Assembly (NCBI GenBank): GCA_965649825.1
Contig: OZ287702.1
Coordinates: 672,786 to 736,785, forward strand
Direction of reading: 5' to 3'
DNA: 64,000 nt
Source of the DNA: Penicillus capitatus
Lineage: Eukaryota > Plantae > Chlorophyta
Shown: positions 22,701 to 35,469 of the stretch, one piece after another
How the letters are laid out: every line of letters begins with the position of its first letter
Position numbering within the stretch: the first letter of the stretch is position 1
Notes under the pieces: generated by a model
What the model saw: the letters and a program-made list of their open reading frames with translations, nothing else
Told to the model about the DNA's origin: nothing
The model's database searches: none
Made by a program: the position numbers and the translations under genes

Positions 22701-24300
22701 GGAGATCGTCAAATTGTTCAAACGCAGAGGGATCTTCAATAGCCGCGAAGCGCACAACATCTAGGGCGTAAAGATACTTGTACCACTGCTCTTCGCGAAC
22801 GATTCGGTTCTCTCTCGCTCGGGACAGTGCACTCGCCGTGGACTCCGCATTCCCCAGATCGAAGTCCAGAAGGACGGCATTTCGCACCGCTTGACATATT
22901 CCCACCGTGCCGTACACGAGGTTGGCAATTCGTCTTGCATTGTTGGTGATGCGGACGCTTCGTTTCGACGACTGCAAGAAGGTCAAGCTCTGCTGCACCA
23001 GCATCGCCTGGTACTTTACCGGATAGTGCCCCGCAGCGTCGATCACTCTCTGACTCCAGTTCTTGAACTTGGCGTACAACCCGCCGGGTCTGTTCGGATC
23101 CCAGCTGCCCGAGCCGATGTCAAAGAGGATTCTCAGACACTGATGCACAACGTGCAGAGCACTGCACTGCACTGGGAACATCTCCTTCGAGAAGCTCATT
23201 CTCTGCGGATCGAAGGCATCTAACAGAAACTGGGCCAGCTGTAGAGACAGTTTGGATCGTCTGCGAAGACCTCGGTGTCGACACTCTGAAGCGCGTGCTC
23301 CACTGCCTCGATCAGATATCTGTTGTTGAGCGCGTCGTTGCACAGCTTGTCGCGAAGGCTGTCGAAGAAGTCCTTGAGAAGAAGCAGATGCTCGTCGCCT
23401 GAGCCGTCGAGTCTGCACATGGCAAGGTACTCTCGGACTACTGCGCCACGATTGTCTGTCACGGCTCGCACAGGCATGTCGTTGAAGGCGTAGAGGACTC
23501 TTCGCATTATTTGTTCCAGCCCAAGTCTCAGTTCGGCGTCGTCCTCTTGGTTGAAAGCATTCACCACTTCCTCGAGACTACAATATCGTCTTCCGACAAG
23601 TGTTCTTCTGATGATCGAGCTGTCCATGCGAGTCAAAGCCCTTCTTGTCACCCAGCGAGAAGTACTCTCTTCGACGGCTGTCTGGTGTCCATGAGCATCG
23701 CTGCTGGACGAGGCTTCTCCGTTTCCGCCGCCCCAAAGCCCTAGCTTTCCCACAAAGACGAATCTCTCGACGCCGCGAGATCGATCAGACAGAATGTGGA
23801 CGCGACGACGCAGAGCACTTAGTGGCAGGTACATTAGGCTTCTCATCGCTTCTTCTGGGTCGCGCAGACCCTCGCAGTACAGTGGAACAGTCGACGTCTT
23901 CGTGAACAATCCCATTCGCTCCACAATCTTCCCTGCAAACTTCCCTCCGACTTGAACGATCTTCACGAGGCCGTGTCCCTCTATGTTGACCTCGCAGATT
24001 TCAACCAGGTTACCCTGAGAAGAGATCTAAAAGCCGAAACGGGGTAAACGCAGAATACCTTCTTGAATGCGGGTGAAATAGTTAGAGAAAAAGGACTATC
24101 TGCTTGACGGAACGGTAGTGAATTCGTGTTGACCGAGTGCCAGCTTTTGGGGATGGCAGCTATCTGCACACGAGGTTTCGCAAGTACGACTCGTTTGCGG
24201 TCGTATCCTTTGGCGAAGACATCTGCAGCCTGCCCACGGCTATTACGACGTGAAATGTAGGACTGCAATGGACTGGTGACACTCAGAGGATCCCACACCT
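19717..24300 (-). CDS. NLR-like STAND protein: N-terminal helical ARM-like domain + NB-ARC + TPR array; frame switch near 23240-23270; 5' exons may extend further
   Basis: Walker A GPGGIGKSQLA, Walker B LFVFDDA, sensor VIVTTRD, RFPLALAQ, IHAETQLVVR; nine TPRs; in-frame splice PAFKK/GNLVE across an intron near 24017-24060. Confidence 0.85.
19800..20910. repeat. Tandem array of 129-bp units (43-aa TPRs), 8 full plus 1 divergent terminal unit
   Basis: gagttccgggtggtcggcgtcgccgtgaaggcgctcgcacat recurs at 19831, 19960 and onward with 129-bp spacing. Confidence 0.97.
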
Positions 24301-24961
24301 GTCGTACGCGATGTTGAAATGTGAGTCCCTTGTAAAGTATTCATCACCTTTGACGCTGGATAGGCGCTGGCTCCATTTACACTCTTCGTACAGACCTTAC
24401 GTTGCAGCGCCTAAAGGACGACGCTAAGTTCGAAGTCGCCAAACAGCGCACAGTTTTCACTAACCTTGACTTGTCGCGGCGATCTATTGAGTCTCTTGTC
24501 GTCAGCCATGTCTGTCCTCCCGAAGGTTTCTTTTCGCCGACGCGTCCAACCGTGGTCTCTGAACGGCTTTTCCACGCCCATTTCGGCGGATGCACCTTCT
24601 TCGAAAGCCACAGAACGGTCACGCTAAGAAACGCCCACAGTGTCAGCACTCGCGGATGTGTTCAATGCGTTTACCGTCTTGTTAAATCCGAGCGCGTTCC
24701 GCGTTTCTTTAAGTCTTTCAGAACGCTCCGCCCCGGAGAGAGAACCGTCTCCCATTTCTCCGCAGTCCAGCAGTTCGTCGTTGCTCCAGGAGTCGTTCTG
24801 AGAACGGCAATTTAAAGGCGAGTTTGTCGAAATAGGTTTAGGCGTTAGAACGTCGAATGCGTCGAAAGGGGTTTTACGAACGGGATGCAGTGATAAACAA
24901 CCGCAGATAACAGCTATGGCGATTTTGAAATCGGGCAGATGGAACAATTGGAAGATTCTTC

Positions 24962-26330
24962 TTAATGGATGGGAATCTGTTCAGGCCGATACCAATGAAT
25001 GTGCAAGTGCAGCGAGTCCGACACAAGTGCAGATGTCAATATACCAACGACAACTAAAGGCTCTCTAAGACATCTCTTAACCAGCAGAACAGCTCTGCAG
25101 TCTTGCACAGGTGAGAACCATCTTCGACAGTCGTCAAAACGGCGATGCATAGATGAGGCCGGATGACGTGAACTGTATGTCATCCGTCTGTTCGTTGCAT
25201 TTCACTAACTTCCTCAATGACAAAAACAACAGCAATATGGCTCTCATCAGACAGAACACACGAATCGGCAACAACCAGCACGGTATCGATATCTTTGTGA
25301 CAAAAAACTCTGAGGAGTTTTGAATGTAGATGAAACTGTGTGTCGAGGAACGACAGAACACGAAGTCGGAGGAAAAAAAGAAGAGCAAACGAGTGTATTT
25401 TTTATTGAACCAGAATCACTGTCTCCTCCGTTGAAACAGGAGTGTAGATTCCAGATTGATACGTAATCTTGAACCATGTCAGCGCCATTCCCACAGCAGT
25501 GATCATGAGATGCAGAATAGGCAATTTTACTTACGGCTTCTGACTGTTCTTCGAGTTCGCCATCTCCATCTGTCAACTGTCTGTGGCGTACAAAGAAGTC
25601 GACTAGGCATGCCACCTCATCCAGACTCAAAATCTGATCATTCTCTCTTTCGCCTTGAAAAATGGCAGCCAAGTGCTTGTAGATCTCTTGGCGATCCAGA
25701 GTTCCCGATCTGTCATCATCTAATCTCTTGAACGCCATTCCAGCAACGAGAGACTGGACTGCAAATCGGGCATAGTCCTTTCTCCAGTTGGCGGGTTCTT
25801 CCTTGTGTTCGGCGTAGATCACAGATGTCAGGCCCAGTGCATGAACGGCAATGTATGAGACGACGAGTTGGGCTATACCAACAGCACAGCACCTGCCACC
25901 AGTGCATTCACAAGAGAGGAGACATCAAAAAGCCCCATGTTTCCTGAGACACTCATTCACTCTTGCAGGCACCCGTGTTTCAATCGGTCTAACCTGCGAT
26001 CTGGAATCTGAGCTTCAATGCCATTTCTCTGGAAATCCACTTGGATTCCCTCGAGCAGATTCTTGCCATCTCTTCGACGTTTGGGTTCGGGATCAACGAA
26101 AAACGGATCGTCTCCGTCGTTCATCAGCCGATGCATGTCCGATCCTTCAAATGACCACGACAACTGCGGGGACACTTCCACAACCCAGATGGTGTCTTTC
26201 GATTTTCGGCCACTCGCCCTGTTGTAGGGATCCGGCGCCAAGGCCAGGGTGTACTACTTAAACTCTATCAGCAATGACACTCCCGAGAGACGGCCATGTG
26301 AGAAAGGAGGAAACTGCGATAGAACAGACT
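24962..26330 (-). pseudogene. Partial, inactivated second P2X/EF-hand copy
   Basis: Aligns to 13.6-14.4 kb (RLSGVSL, FQRNGIE, NWRKDYARFAVQSLVAGMAFKRLDDDRSGTLDRQEI); in-frame TAG at 26254-26256 where copy 1 has TAC; 1-bp insertion near 26014; no TM1 exon found upstream. Confidence 0.85.
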
Positions 26331-26749
26331 CAGCGGACACATATTCTTGTGTGTCCTCAAAATGATGAAAACCGAAACGATAACAGTTTTGGATGCTGGG
26401 GATCTACGTACCACAATCCGGTACGAGCTACCAGCCATCGCCCGCATCGACAGCTCCGATGGACAGGGAGACACTTTGCGCCATGAGAACTGACGTCGGA
26501 AAAGGTTCTTTATTGTCGACTCAAGCAACGTGAACAAATGCTTCGCAGATTCTCGCAACGCCTATCGTTGACCATACCCGTTCCTCAGTGAAGACGTGAT
26601 GATCATCTGCGTGCTTAAGTTAGGATCGACAACAGCATTGATAATGACTCCTTGATCCATCATTCTCATGTGTGTGCTCACGTCGTAGAAGCAGCGATCG
26701 ATTGCCGTCCGCACAACAGCGTCAGCCTTCTCCAATTGTCGTGACCGAT

Positions 26750-29700
26750 ATGCCGTTTTTCCAAAAACGTTTAGCGGTCGATCCTCCATTCAAGGCACGT
26801 AACGTCTACAACCCACAAGACATAGCAGCAGTACAGTGTTCGAACAGATCAAGATTCCCTCCTTTGTTCCGTCCGGCGTCGTACTCGCCACGAACACTGG
26901 GGCATTCCGAAAAGATTCTCTGCACACGCGTCACAAAACATCACGACCCATTACGAAGAGACGCGATCTCGATAAACGCCGAGAAGTCAATAAAACAGAA
27001 CGGACAGTCAAGGAAAACCGAGAAGATGCTTGTGCGCAAATTGAAACGGGCTATACCAATCCTGACATCTTTCCTCCTCGCCGAGCACATCCATTCGTAT
27101 TTTACAAGCTGCGTCTGAGCATCCCGCCGAAGAGCGATATTCTGCACCCCCTTGAGCTCCTACCGGACGATGCGCCATCGACACAGGGATGGATATCCAT
27201 AGAATACGACGAAAACGATTGCTTGAGCAAGGAAGAAGAGAATAATCCTCCTCTCGATGCATTCGACGAGATCGTTCCCGAAAGCGATGAATGTGCGCAG
27301 CAAGCGGTACAGCAACTGACGGAAGCATCGAAGATGACAGATTCGTCGACGCTCAATCGGGCAGAGATAAGAGCGTATTCCCGACGATACGACCTCAAGC
27401 CGCGTTTTCGTTGGGAACACTGCCGCCTTGTCCAATACGATAGGTACTGACACTCGTTTTTGACGCCTTGAGATCATGATCGCGCAGTTCGACAAAATTG
27501 TTCAAGATCGAATGGCTGGATAACGGAAGGGAGAAATGGGTGAAGCGATTGAACTTGCTGCTCGAGGACGAAGACAAGATCGAATTCCAACAGCGCATCA
27601 TTGATGCGAGGAGACTAAGGAAACAGGTCGGAAGCCGAGTATGCACAGTAAGGGTGCTCATCTATAATGACAGTTTCTGACAGAGAGGGAGTACGATCGG
27701 TTCGTCTCCGCCTATCGAACAGACGATGCCGAGGCGTCGGCAATTCTGGACGAGGGTATGTGTTCGCGCATCAACATTCGAATCGGAATCGGCACCGATC
27801 GGCTGCATTTTACACAAGGTTCGCCCGCACGAGCTGGGGTATCTCGACGAGAGGCCGGAATCGTGTCTTCGTGTGGCAGAGCTTCTGGATGCGGTCGAGG
27901 ATATGCGCCGCCAGTGTCTTCAAGAGATCGGTGTCCGATGGATGCTGTGTCGATCTGACGAGGAGGAAGCGACGAAGGCTGTGCGATCGATCGTCAATCG
28001 TAATCAGCGACCGATTCCGAAACAGGTACTTAGCTGGCAACATAAGAAATAAACGACCTGATCATGTCTTCCTCTATCGACACGTCGTTCTACTTCAGGG
28101 CTGTGTCGATCTTCGACCACTGCCCGCTGGTGTTGAAGTGGATCGTCATCAGTATCAAAGCATACTAGAGTTAAGGAATTTCGCCGATCTACAGAATCTG
28201 ATCGAAGGACGATCATTGATAGCGAATGCACATTACTTGGAACAAATCCAGATGGTGTTTGGAGAGTTGGATGTCTCCGATGTTTGCTTAGTCCCAAGAC
28301 TTGACGAATGGACATTGCCGTTTCAACTGACGGAACTGTTGGAAATTCTCGACGTGCATCTCTCGGATGCAGCTGAGGCAATTCGCTGCGATTGGGTCTA
28401 TAAGGTCAGCTACCCAAAAGCAATCGCCTTATCTAAGATCAGCATCGAATGTGCAGATACTCGGAGTGATGGAGACGACCAGATCCGAAGCACAGAGAAG
28501 GAGCCATCGCAAACAGAAAACGCTCTCACTGGATCGACGACACGAGACAGATACAGAAGACCCTGTAGAGAAGCAAGTGGAGCGCTTGGCCAAGATGGTC
28601 TCACTGGTGATGAAGGATCAGCTTCACGCTGTCGTGGTCAACACACTTGGTCGCTACGAAGACATCCTGACGTCGTTTCTAGGGGCAGAGAGTACCACCA
28701 CATTTTGCTTCTCTTGAAGCGAATGTGTGTCTTGTGTTGGTGTTTGCTTAGATGCAGCAGAAGTGATCACAAATCGTCCTTTGTTTCGAATCGATGTTGT
28801 CTGGAAAGAAGGCGCGTTTTTCTACAATCCGACAAAAGACGAAGTGCGAAGTGCGTTGCAGTGTCCGTTAAACAGCATTATCCATTCGTTGTCAGAAATC
28901 ACGGATGTCTCTGAGAGAGTCGATCGACAGATTGCGACCTCTCTCGTCTATACATTTCCTTTTTAGATGCGCGACGCGGCGTCGAGTGCCGTGCTCGCCT
29001 CGATCGACAATCGTCACCCATTGATCGCCAGAGTGCGAGAAACCATTGAGCGATTTGTGGAGATCGACGAAACCCATCTCGATGATCTTCTGCTGCGTCT
29101 ATCAGACTATCAGGATCTTCCTTTGCAAAAAGACGGCGATCTCGGCGATGCACCGAACGAAGCGTCTTTCAATCGACTCTTTGATATCAAAAGAGTAAGA
29201 TGTCTCCGATCGCACAGCCATCATCTTCTGAATGGCATACAGCTAATCGAAAGGATATCGGAAGAATTACCGAACGTTGTTATGCTGAATGTTTTCGCAG
29301 TCGACCTGAAAGGCGTGAAAAGTCTCCTCGTTGAGAAGGCGTCTGCGTTATGTACAGAGATCACAGAGAATCTAAGTCAAGAATGGAGACAACGAAATGA
29401 TCGAACACGGGAACGTTTCGAGACACTCGAGCAGCGTCTGATGACATCACCCAAATCTATAGAAGAACTGGGCGAGTTGCTAGACGTCATTGCAACACTG
29501 GACACCCAACTGGAAGAAGCAGGGGAAGATATCGCGCACAACGATGAAGTAAAGCAGATCTGTTCTACAATACAATGAATATGTGCTTCTGCTGATCGCC
29601 TACATCGTAGATGCTTAATTCCTTCCATCGATGTCGAGCGCAAGTGGCCGATCAAGTCATCGAAGCTGCATGGGCAGCGAAGCTTTGGCCGGATCGACTT

Positions 29701-31287
29701 CGGGAACTCTCAAATGAAGTGTCCGTGTCGCTGGAGGAAACGAAGAAGCACTTCGTAACGGAGCTGTTGTCCGACGCTGAATGTCTCCAAGACGATCTGA
29801 AGGCGATCAAGGTATACACCATTCGAACGCGCAATATCTGGCGAGATCGAATGTTGCTAGAACGAGGTCGATGCTTATACGAAGTTCGGAGACCTCGATC
29901 GCTACATCGATCGCTGTCAAATCGGGCAGGAATTGACGGACGAAATCGAGAAACGGATCAGCAGGGCCACGATTCTCACGCGCCGACAGAAGATTCTAAA
30001 CATAGATGCAAACGTATGTGCTGATCTTGGCGCCGTCAAAGATACTTTGGACAATCACTTTGCTGCATGGTCCTTCTGTCACGAAGTTCTTCAAGGAATC
30101 GAAACGATAATGGATCTCTCGTTATCGATCGTTGTCGCTAACGACGTCGATCAGCGTCTGCATGACTGGTCTATCTATCGATCATCGCCTCTGTGATGCA
30201 ACACGTAAAAATGTCGTGTAGGAACGATCGATTGACCAGCATTGCGGCAACTGTCAATGATTCCACGGCGCATGCACTCGAAGAGTTGAAAAAGAAGATG
30301 GATGCGTTTGGCGACAATCTGCCATTGCTTGAACTCTTGACAGGTTGCGAGCTTTCGGAGCGACACTGGACACAGATCGGCGATGCGATCAGCACCGAAG
30401 AGAAATTGGATTCGGAAAACACGTAAGAATGTTAGCGATCGCGCCCGATGATGATGTTCGCGACGTCACATTTACATGGCGGCCGCTCGAAGTTGCGATC
30501 GATCACACGATGTGACGTGTTTAGATTTCGTGATGTCCTCGACAGCGGGTGTGCCAAGGCGATCGACTCGATTCGGCGTATTCATGAAGAAGCGCGGCAA
30601 GAGACTTCTCTTCGGCGAATCGTGCTTGCGATCGAAGACGAGTGGCGCTCGATGCTGACACTCAACTTTACCACGCACGAAGAGACAGGTCCATGACGAA
30701 GCACTCACATCCGTCATCGGTAATCGTCGTCGACGCCGATCGGGACTTCGTGTAGGCATGCCTCTTATGATCGATCACGAGACGCTTTCTCAGAAAGCAA
30801 CAGCACATAAAGAACATTTGCATACACTAGACGCTTCTACTTGTGAAGAACTCGAACAAGGCATTCGATCTTTGACAGCGAACTTGATCTTGCTATGTGA
30901 CACCCTCGATACCTGTCATACCTGTCAAGAACGTAAGTGAAGCCTTCTTTACTCTCTATAACTGCGATCATGGTACGGACATAAACATCCGGTATCTTCT
31001 GCAGTGTGGTCAACGATCGAGATATCGTTTCGATCAGAAGATGCAAGGCAACGGGCACCGAATGAATTCCGCAAATTTCAGGCCGTCGATCAAACAATGA
31101 GGTAATCGTGAAACCGTCGCCACTGAATCCAACTGATGATAACAAGTCTTTTCTCTTTAGACATATCCTGGAGGAACTAAGGATCGATCGAATCGCGATG
31201 CCGGCTCTTTCCAAAGACGGACTGTTGGCAACGCTGCAAGAATGCTACTCGCTTCTGCTCGAGATTCAAACAGCCGAGACCGTCTGA
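26750..31287 (+). CDS. Divergent axonemal inner-arm-type dynein heavy chain, tail and linker only (no AAA motor domains), multi-exon
   Basis: EKWVKRLNLLLEDEDKIEFQQRIIDARRLR (DNAH1-like N-terminus), LPLLELL..LSERHWTQI, EEARQETSLRRIVLAIEDEW, WSTIEISFRSEDARQRAPNEFRKFQAVD, LLATLQECYSLLLEIQ then TAETV*. Confidence 0.75.
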
Positions 31288-31863
31288 TCATATGATGCCG
31301 ATCGCTTGTCTGCGATTTCGATTCTCTTTGTCTTTATCGAGATCAATCGCAAACAGTGCTGTATACGCCACGTCACATCAAGAACGCGCCTTCTCTTTGC
31401 ATCTCGATGCTTGACGCCGATTGTACGATTTGCAAACGTCTCATCAAACTTGTTTCCGTTTGGCGGCGCGCAAAGTCGTTTCTCACTGAAGGTTCTCCGA
31501 TCGAACCATGCCGGCTACCAAAACTGCGACCGTCAAGCGCAAACTTGCGAAAAAGATGCGCCAGAACAGACCGATTCCTTACTGGATTCGCCTTCGCACA
31601 AACAACAAGATCAAATACAACGCAAAGCGACGCCATTGGAGAAGAACCAAACTGAAGCTCTAAGCAAAGAGCCCATCCATCCCTTGAGCAAAGCACGTTG
31701 TATTGTCGAAGTCCTTTGCAGAGCTCTTGATGGAACATCAATTTAACAACGGAGTCCCTATTCTCTGCGTGTTAGCAACAACAACAAATCCAACCGCAAA
31801 ATTCACGACGCGCCATATGCATCTAGCCCTCTTCTCCACAACAATGAAATGTGCCGATCGGCA

Positions 31864-33088
31864 CTATTCTGGAAACGAAAGAAGTGTGCCGAACAAGAAG
31901 TGTTGCATGATTGGAAACTTGGTCAGCACTTCGCCTTGATACATCCGAATCAGTCCACTATGGACCTAAACAACACGACCCCCTTTATCTCTCCATACCG
32001 CACCCCGATACTCACTTTTGTCCATGTCGGGACCTTGGAGGTATCGAACAGGTAAGGTGACGTCTCTGCCAATGGCCCCTTCTTCATCTTCACCACACAC
32101 AGACTCAGGGAAGACAGACCAGCGATATCTGTCACTCACTTTCTGTACGAAGCTGACGCATCCAAAGAACATATAGTGCGATTCGTGACAGCGCACGACG
32201 TCTTCTTGTAGAATTGAGGAAGGTGGTAACACGGGATGGTTGATCAGTTGTGCAGCTCCCAGAACAAAGGGGAGAAACTGATAGTCGTCTAATCCCCAGA
32301 CGCCAGCCGATCCGGCCGGTTCCAGTCCATATGTCATCTGGAGCTTTCGCATCAGATCCAGATACGAGGTCACCACACGAGTGACCACTGCCACACGATC
32401 ACCATCCGTAATCAATCCAAGCTTGGCCAGACAGAAAAGAAAAGCAAAGAAGTTTGTCTCGTGCCCCGTCCCGTAATCAATCCTCGACTTGTTCCCAAAA
32501 CTGTCATAGACATATGGAGTCAATTCCACCACAGCACCTTTAAGCTCATCGCCCACGATCTCTGGAAAGAGTGAATGGATACGGAGCGTGGTAAAAGGGA
32601 GTGTGACCTTCGACGAGATGGTTGGAAAACTCCAGTCGATCGTGCCACTTGCGAAAGGCCACATTGCCATAGCGCATTGTCTGCTCATGCGGAGGGATTT
32701 CGTCGATCCATGTCGAAAGACGTGCAAGGAAATCGAGGATGCGCTGAATGGCAGGTGCCACTTGCACATCGTCTGTCAGCTTAACGCCACGGACCGACTC
32801 GCCGAGGGCGAGGATGAATCCCAGGAACTCGCGAGCGGAGGAAGATTCAAGAAATCGTCGTAAATCGTCAATGGAGTGGACGCGTTTCTTGGCGGGCTTT
32901 AGACGTGGTGAGCCGACGAAGCTGTTGACGATGGACGGCATCACGGGTTCTGCCGATATCTGGGCCTCCTGTTGCAGAGCGCGGGCACTCGCGAAATCAA
33001 GTTGTCGTTGCGACACGGGACTGCGACTGCGCATCGGTGAACGACGCGGAGAGGTCGTCGGTATATCGGGAAGGCGTTCATTCTTCAT
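31864..33088 (-). CDS. PTPA: PP2A phosphatase activator PTPA (RRD1/2-like), multi-exon
   Basis: RYGNVAFRKWHDRL, SFGNKSRIDYGTGHETNF, LEPAGSAGVWGLDDYQFLPF, VHSGLIRMYQGEVLTKFPIMQHFLFG. Confidence 0.93.
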
Positions 33089-33233
33089 TCCGCGGTTTTC
33101 GCATACAATCACGTAAAGACGCTTTCAAAATGGAATGTGTTGTACACGACGTCTGGAATCTCATACTGACGAAGCCAAGAGCTGGTAGGTTTTGGGTCAT
33201 GGCTCTTGCAAATCCACCACACCCACTTCTCTC

Positions 33234-34419
33234 TCATGCCGACTTAGCTTCGCCGAAAGGACGTCCGAGTTCTCGAAGCGTGTTCTGGCGCATCTCTTCA
33301 TAGTTCTTTGCATCGGTGAATGGGGAGAGGAGCTTCTTCCATCTGGCATCGATCGCTTCGGACATCTCTTGTGTGAGGTGAAGCTTCCATTCGCCAATTT
33401 TGCCGTTTCGGACCTTCGGCGCGGAAGTCGTGCCTGCAGTCGGATCCAATCCCACAGCATGGTTCCTTAATCGCTTAAAGGGGAATTCACAGTATTTCGA
33501 CGCATGCTTCTTCATGAAATCGAAACTGGCCTGGCGAGCAGTAAAGTGAGTGAGTGATCCTTGTAAGGCTGACGTGTAATTGACGACCTGGTGCTCGACG
33601 AGATTGAGGAGATCGGAATCCCCGACACCGATGTTCACAAAGTCCGATATGAGCTCGATGCATTTCCTGAGATCTTGTTTCAGATCTTCATAGTGCAGCC
33701 ACAGGACATTCGGATCTTTGCGGTGCGGATACCAAGACGCTACAGCTTAAGACTTATTCAAAGGTGTGATTCAACCGAGTTGATCCTACCTTGATGTCTT
33801 AACTGCATTCCTGCAATGAATCTGTACTTTTCAGGTACTTCACTGGCTGCAAAGTAATCCACGAACTCATTAAGGTCCATTTCGTCCGAGGTGAAGATCC
33901 AGTCACATATGTGCCAATAAGCAGAAACGGCAGAATCTTTGGGGTCTCTGAACAAACGTCTATCTGTACAGTACAGTGTGACATAGGCAGACGTGTACGA
34001 ACCGGGTAACGACGATGTATTTGGAAAATCCCTTAGGGCATTCTTCGTATGTGAGGTGTGTCTTGTACATGTTTGGCTGAAAAGGCTGTGGCGTGTCAAT
34101 TTCTGGACCGTAAGGACTGTATTCAAGGTTGACAACAACATCGTCGATCTCTTCGAAATTCATGTCTCCGCGCGAACGCAACCCATGGAGAATCTGCTAT
34201 GGATGCAATTAACACCCGACTCAGATTTATAACTAACGTACGTACCTGCTGAACCCACGTGGTTCCAGACTTGAATCCGGAGGCGAGGCAGATCTCTCCA
34301 GGATTCGGCTTGTAGTTTAGAACTGCCATGATGCGGTCTAGGCGAGACAGGTTTTTGATTCTTGTGGAGATAAGTTCAACGATTTCTGGAACTTCTGAAT
34401 AACTTCGAACCGAAGCCAT
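33234..34419 (-). CDS. Cytosolic-type sulfotransferase (Sulfotransfer_1), paralog 1
   Basis: PAPS loop KSGTTW, KTHL, R.PKDSAVS, WLHYEDLK, RNGKIGEWK; introns at positions shared with paralogs 2-4. Confidence 0.9.
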
Positions 34420-34482
34420 TTTTCGTTTTTTCCAAAAGCAACAATTGCTGTGGCGTCGTATCTGTTGTAAATAGACAGCTCG

Positions 34483-35469
34483 CTAAGATCTTTTGGAATG
34501 GTTTACAGCACGGCGGCGGATAGAAGCAAGATGACAACGATTAGTTGAAAGGATTGTTACGCGGAATGCGACAAGAATACAGATATCGTGCAGCATCGCG
34601 CAGGTAGGCCTCCTTATATGCTTCGTTGTACAAATCGAAACACGTTCGATAACAGCTATAGCGTTTACAAGTCCATGAACCAGGATGGCGGCGACGAGGT
34701 TGCCGTTCGATTCCACGTAAGCCACTCCGGAAACAACCCCGCAGACAAAATGCTGCGGAAAAGCCATCAACGAGAAATGTTCGATGGCAAACATCGATGC
34801 ATTGACAAGGAGAGAAATGTTAAGAGGGTAGAAGGTGAGAAGGCAAGGTAGTAGAAGACCACGGTAAAGGTACTCTTCCAGAACTGGACCAACACACACC
34901 GCCATCACAGCCACGACGGCCGCCGCAACCGGATCGTCTCTTTGACCGACAAGGATCTCAGAAAGCGACGGTTCGGAAGGAGGCAACCAGTGCGACAACT
35001 GCGTGTCGATGAGATCGACGACTGCTGCTGCGATGACACTAATCATCAACGTTCTCCTGTCCAGACGAAATCTGACGGACAGTGCCAATCCATCGTCATT
35101 CTCAGCAAAGCGATCGGCTATCGTCTTGATACCGGCAATCTGGATAACACTTTGTGATAGACCCATCCATGCGAGTTGGGATGTCGTGAGATCGCCGATG
35201 GACGTGTTCATCATTGCCGCGAATAGGGGAACGGATCCGCTGCTCATGGTCAAATGAAAACAGAGCAGCGTGACGGAGAGATTGAATGCGTCCCATGAAT
35301 TCTCGCCTAAATCGCTTTCGTCTTCTGAATCGTTTTCGGTATCCTCGACGTGGCGGCGACATGAAGATATCTTTCGTTCGATCTGTCTCCGCTTTGCAAC
35401 GCGCTGTTGTCTGACCACGCGTTGTGGCCGCGCAGAAGTGGAAACGAAAACGATCGACCGCCGAAGCAT
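34483..35469 (-). CDS. CPBP (CAAX protease/Abi family) intramembrane metalloprotease
   Basis: GPVLEEYLYRG (EExxxR), FAIEH, AILVHGLVN (HxxxN) within hydrophobic helices. Confidence 0.85.
   Translation of the reverse strand: MLRRSIVFVSTSARPQRVVRQQRVAKRRQIERKISSCRRHVEDTENDSEDESDLGENSWDAFNLSVTLLCFHLTMSSGSVPLFAAMMNTSIGDLTTSQLAWMGLSQSVIQIAGIKTIADRFAENDDGLALSVRFRLDRRTLMISVIAAAVVDLIDTQLSHWLPPSEPSLSEILVGQRDDPVAAAVVAVMAVCVGPVLEEYLYRGLLLPCLLTFYPLNISLLVNASMFAIEHFSLMAFPQHFVCGVVSGVAYVESNGNLVAAILVHGLVNAIAVIERVSICTTKHIRRPTCAMLHDICILVAFRVTILSTNRCHLASIRRRAVNHSKRS

Noticed and set aside
26562-26789. 75-aa minus-strand ORF
   Set aside because: Overlaps the inferred dynein start head-to-head and has no motif support.
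32290-32325. PTPA motif PAGSAG instead of PAGSHG
   Set aside because: This position varies among known PTPA orthologs (Gln in human), so it is not evidence of inactivation.
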